Shown one piece after another: positions 61,981 to 64,000 of a stretch of DNA of 64,000 nucleotides; the stretch's first letter is position 1, and each line of letters opens with the position of its first letter. The DNA is taken from contig OY762428.1 in NCBI GenBank assembly GCA_963665665.1, forward strand, positions 1,952,001 through 2,016,000. The letters run 5' to 3'. Position numbers and translations under genes: made by a program. Origin of the DNA: Candidatus Kapaibacterium sp. Lineage in GTDB: Bacteria > Bacteroidota > Ignavibacteria > Kapaibacteriales > UBA2268. The notes under the pieces are model-generated. The model saw only the letters and a program-made list of their open reading frames with translations. It was not told where the DNA came from and searched no databases.

Positions 61981-64000
61981 ATGCCGAAATTGTTGAATGG
62001 CCTGGTAGCGATAGTTGTCTTTATAATTACAGTTACTGCCGATCTATACTCCGGCGTTATAACTGTTGAAGGGCAGATCGTTGACTCTGAAAGCGGAAAT
62101 CCTGTTGATAATGCTGTCATCAGGATACCTTCCGCTAAAAAGACGATTATCACTGATGCTGACGGCTTTTTCACAATTGACAGCATTAGCCCCGGAGAAT
62201 ACCACGTGAATTTTTCCCGGCTGGGATATAAAAGTTTCCAGAAACATTGTATAATAAGCGCCGATTCTCTTTGCGGTATGGCGATAAAAATGACACCGAT
62301 GGGTGTTAGTTTTCCAACCGTTGTGGTATCAGGAAAAAAAGGAGAGCTTAAATTTGTTGAAGTCAGCGGAAATAAAACCGACCTGTCCGGCAGGAAACTT
62401 CAGAAAGTAATGGGGCAAAGCCTTGCCTCTACCTTGAAGAACGAAGCCGGAGTATCAGTCAGAAGCCTCGGGCCGGCACCTTCAAGGCCGGTTATTCGGG
62501 GGCTTGGCGGCAGCAGGGTGGTCATTGCCGAGGATGGCGTTCAGTCAACCGATCTTTCAGCAACTTCACCTGATCATGCCGTTACAGTAGATCCGTTCAC
62601 TCTTGATGAAATCTCTATCATGAGGGGTCCTGAAGCTGTTCAGTATTCCACTTCTCTTGCCGGGGGAGTTGTGAACGCCACGAGGAATGAAATACCCATG
62701 GATATTCCCGAGAAAATACTTCTCGGTTTGGGAGGTTTTTACGAATCTGCTAATCAGGGCAAGCTTCTCGCTGCTTCTATTGAAGGGCCTTACAATAAAT
62801 TTGCTTATAATACTGATATATCATACCGGAATACCGCTGATATGACCTCGCCGGATAAAAAGCTGGATAATACATCGATCAGGACTCTTAATTATAATGC
62901 CGGGATTGGGTTTGAAGGAGATGGCTGGGTAATAGGTGCAGGATTCAGGGAGTTCGATTCCGAGTATGGTATTCCCGGAGGATTTGTTGGTAGTCACCCG
63001 AACGGCGTTGATATTAAAATGCTGAAAAGAGCTGCCGGGATAAAGGGCATTTATCATTTCCACGGATCATTTATCGACAACCTTAAGTTCAGCGCCGAAA
63101 GGTCTTATTACAAGCATACGGAATATGAATCGGATTCGACTATCGGCGCGGAATTTGTGATCAGGGATTACATTGCAAATATCAGTTTGCATCAGAGAAA
63201 AGGAAATATTTTTGAAAACGGAAGTATGGGATTATTCTTTAATTATAAAGACCACAAAATGGGAGGCTATGTTTTCACTCCCCCGACCGAGGCATTTACT
63301 GCTGCAGCTTTCATTTTCGAAGAATATAAATTCGGAGATAATTTCATTCAGTCTGGCCTGCGCTATAGTTTTGATACATATATCCCAAATAAAAATTCCC
63401 TGATAACCGAGAAAGAAAGCCTGGAACAGAGGGATTTCCATTCATTCGCTTTTTCAATTTCCGCAGCGCGTGAACTATTCGATGACTATTTCTTCGGTAT
63501 AAATCTTTCCAGGTCTGTACGTCCGCCTTCTATCGAAGAACTATTCAATAAAGGGCCGCACCTTGCCGCATATTCCTACGAGAGAGGAAATCCTGATCTG
63601 GATGGGGAAAATGGCATGTCTTACGAAATATTTACAGGCTATCGCACGGATAAGTTCAGTCTGAACCTAAACGCCTTTTATAATCATTTTGATTATTATA
63701 TAATTCCCAGGAATACTGGTGATACTAATTATTCTGTACTCCTGCCAATTTATATGTCCGAAGGAGTCGAGGCTGAGTTCATGGGTTTCGAACTTGAAGG
63801 TTCTTTGTCTGTCGGTGGTTTTGATATCAGCGCCGACGCCGCTTACACCCGGGGTGAAATAGTTGATGAAAATTCTCCGCTGCCAATGATTCCGCCGTTT
63901 AAATCAAATCTTGAGATGGAATACAATATAAGCAGGATGAAATTCGGCGTACGCTTCGAATATGCCGCCCAACAGGACAGGGTTGACCGTTTCGAGGAAA
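61981..64000 (+). CDS. TonB-dependent receptor, ZnuD-like metal transporter (3' end outside the window; absent from the ORF track)
   Basis: ATG 61981; carboxypeptidase-regulatory-like N-domain; plug GPAPSRPVIRGLGGSRV...SPDHAV...RGPEAVQY..GGVVN; ELFNKGPHLAAYSYERGNPDL. Confidence 0.9.
   Translation, partial: MPKLLNGLVAIVVFIITVTADLYSGVITVEGQIVDSESGNPVDNAVIRIPSAKKTIITDADGFFTIDSISPGEYHVNFSRLGYKSFQKHCIISADSLCGMAIKMTPMGVSFPTVVVSGKKGELKFVEVSGNKTDLSGRKLQKVMGQSLASTLKNEAGVSVRSLGPAPSRPVIRGLGGSRVVIAEDGVQSTDLSATSPDHAVTVDPFTLDEISIMRGPEAVQYSTSLAGGVVNATRNEIPMDIPEKILLGLGGFYESANQGKLLAASIEGPYNKFAYNTDISYRNTADMTSPDKKLDNTSIRTLNYNAGIGFEGDGWVIGAGFREFDSEYGIPGGFVGSHPNGVDIKMLKRAAGIKGIYHFHGSFIDNLKFSAERSYYKHTEYESDSTIGAEFVIRDYIANISLHQRKGNIFENGSMGLFFNYKDHKMGGYVFTPPTEAFTAAAFIFEEYKFGDNFIQSGLRYSFDTYIPNKNSLITEKESLEQRDFHSFAFSISAARELFDDYFFGINLSRSVRPPSIEELFNKGPHLAAYSYERGNPDLDGENGMSYEIFTGYRTDKFSLNLNAFYNHFDYYIIPRNTGDTNYSVLLPIYMSEGVEAEFMGFELEGSLSVGGFDISADAAYTRGEIVDENSPLPMIPPFKSNLEMEYNISRMKFGVRFEYAAQQDRVDRFEE

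Overview
AT-rich bacterial chromosomal window, most likely from an FCB-superphylum lineage such as Ignavibacteria or Candidatus Kapabacteria. This is an inference from T9SS C-terminal sorting domains (CTDs) together with Shine-Dalgarno motifs and TTG..-N17-TA...T promoters. Housekeeping genes (dnaK plus two Hsp20s, metG, trpF, fbp, ptsI/ptsH, glnS, ugd, a DEAD-box helicase, prc, metK, ahcY) are interspersed with ten predicted T9SS cargo genes, nine of them in three paralog families with near-identical constant blocks and divergent passenger regions. The most striking structure is a module present twice in inverted orientation. It consists of a REP-like palindrome, a conserved promoter, a ~290-nt structured leader with a conserved 5-codon uORF (and a 17-bp unit present once or five times), a secreted Cys-rich small protein, a hairpin, and a ~750-800 aa BNR/Asp-box T9SS protein. 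All six copies of one ~30-35 bp palindrome flank T9SS cargo loci, and some mark homology endpoints. Also present: an unannotated sigma54-type small-ORF/sRNA-like unit, an HTH-Panacea/RelE-like toxin-antitoxin pair, and several pseudogenes. No rRNA, tRNA, CRISPR array, integrase, transposase or reverse transcriptase was recognised. All calls were made by eye without database searches.
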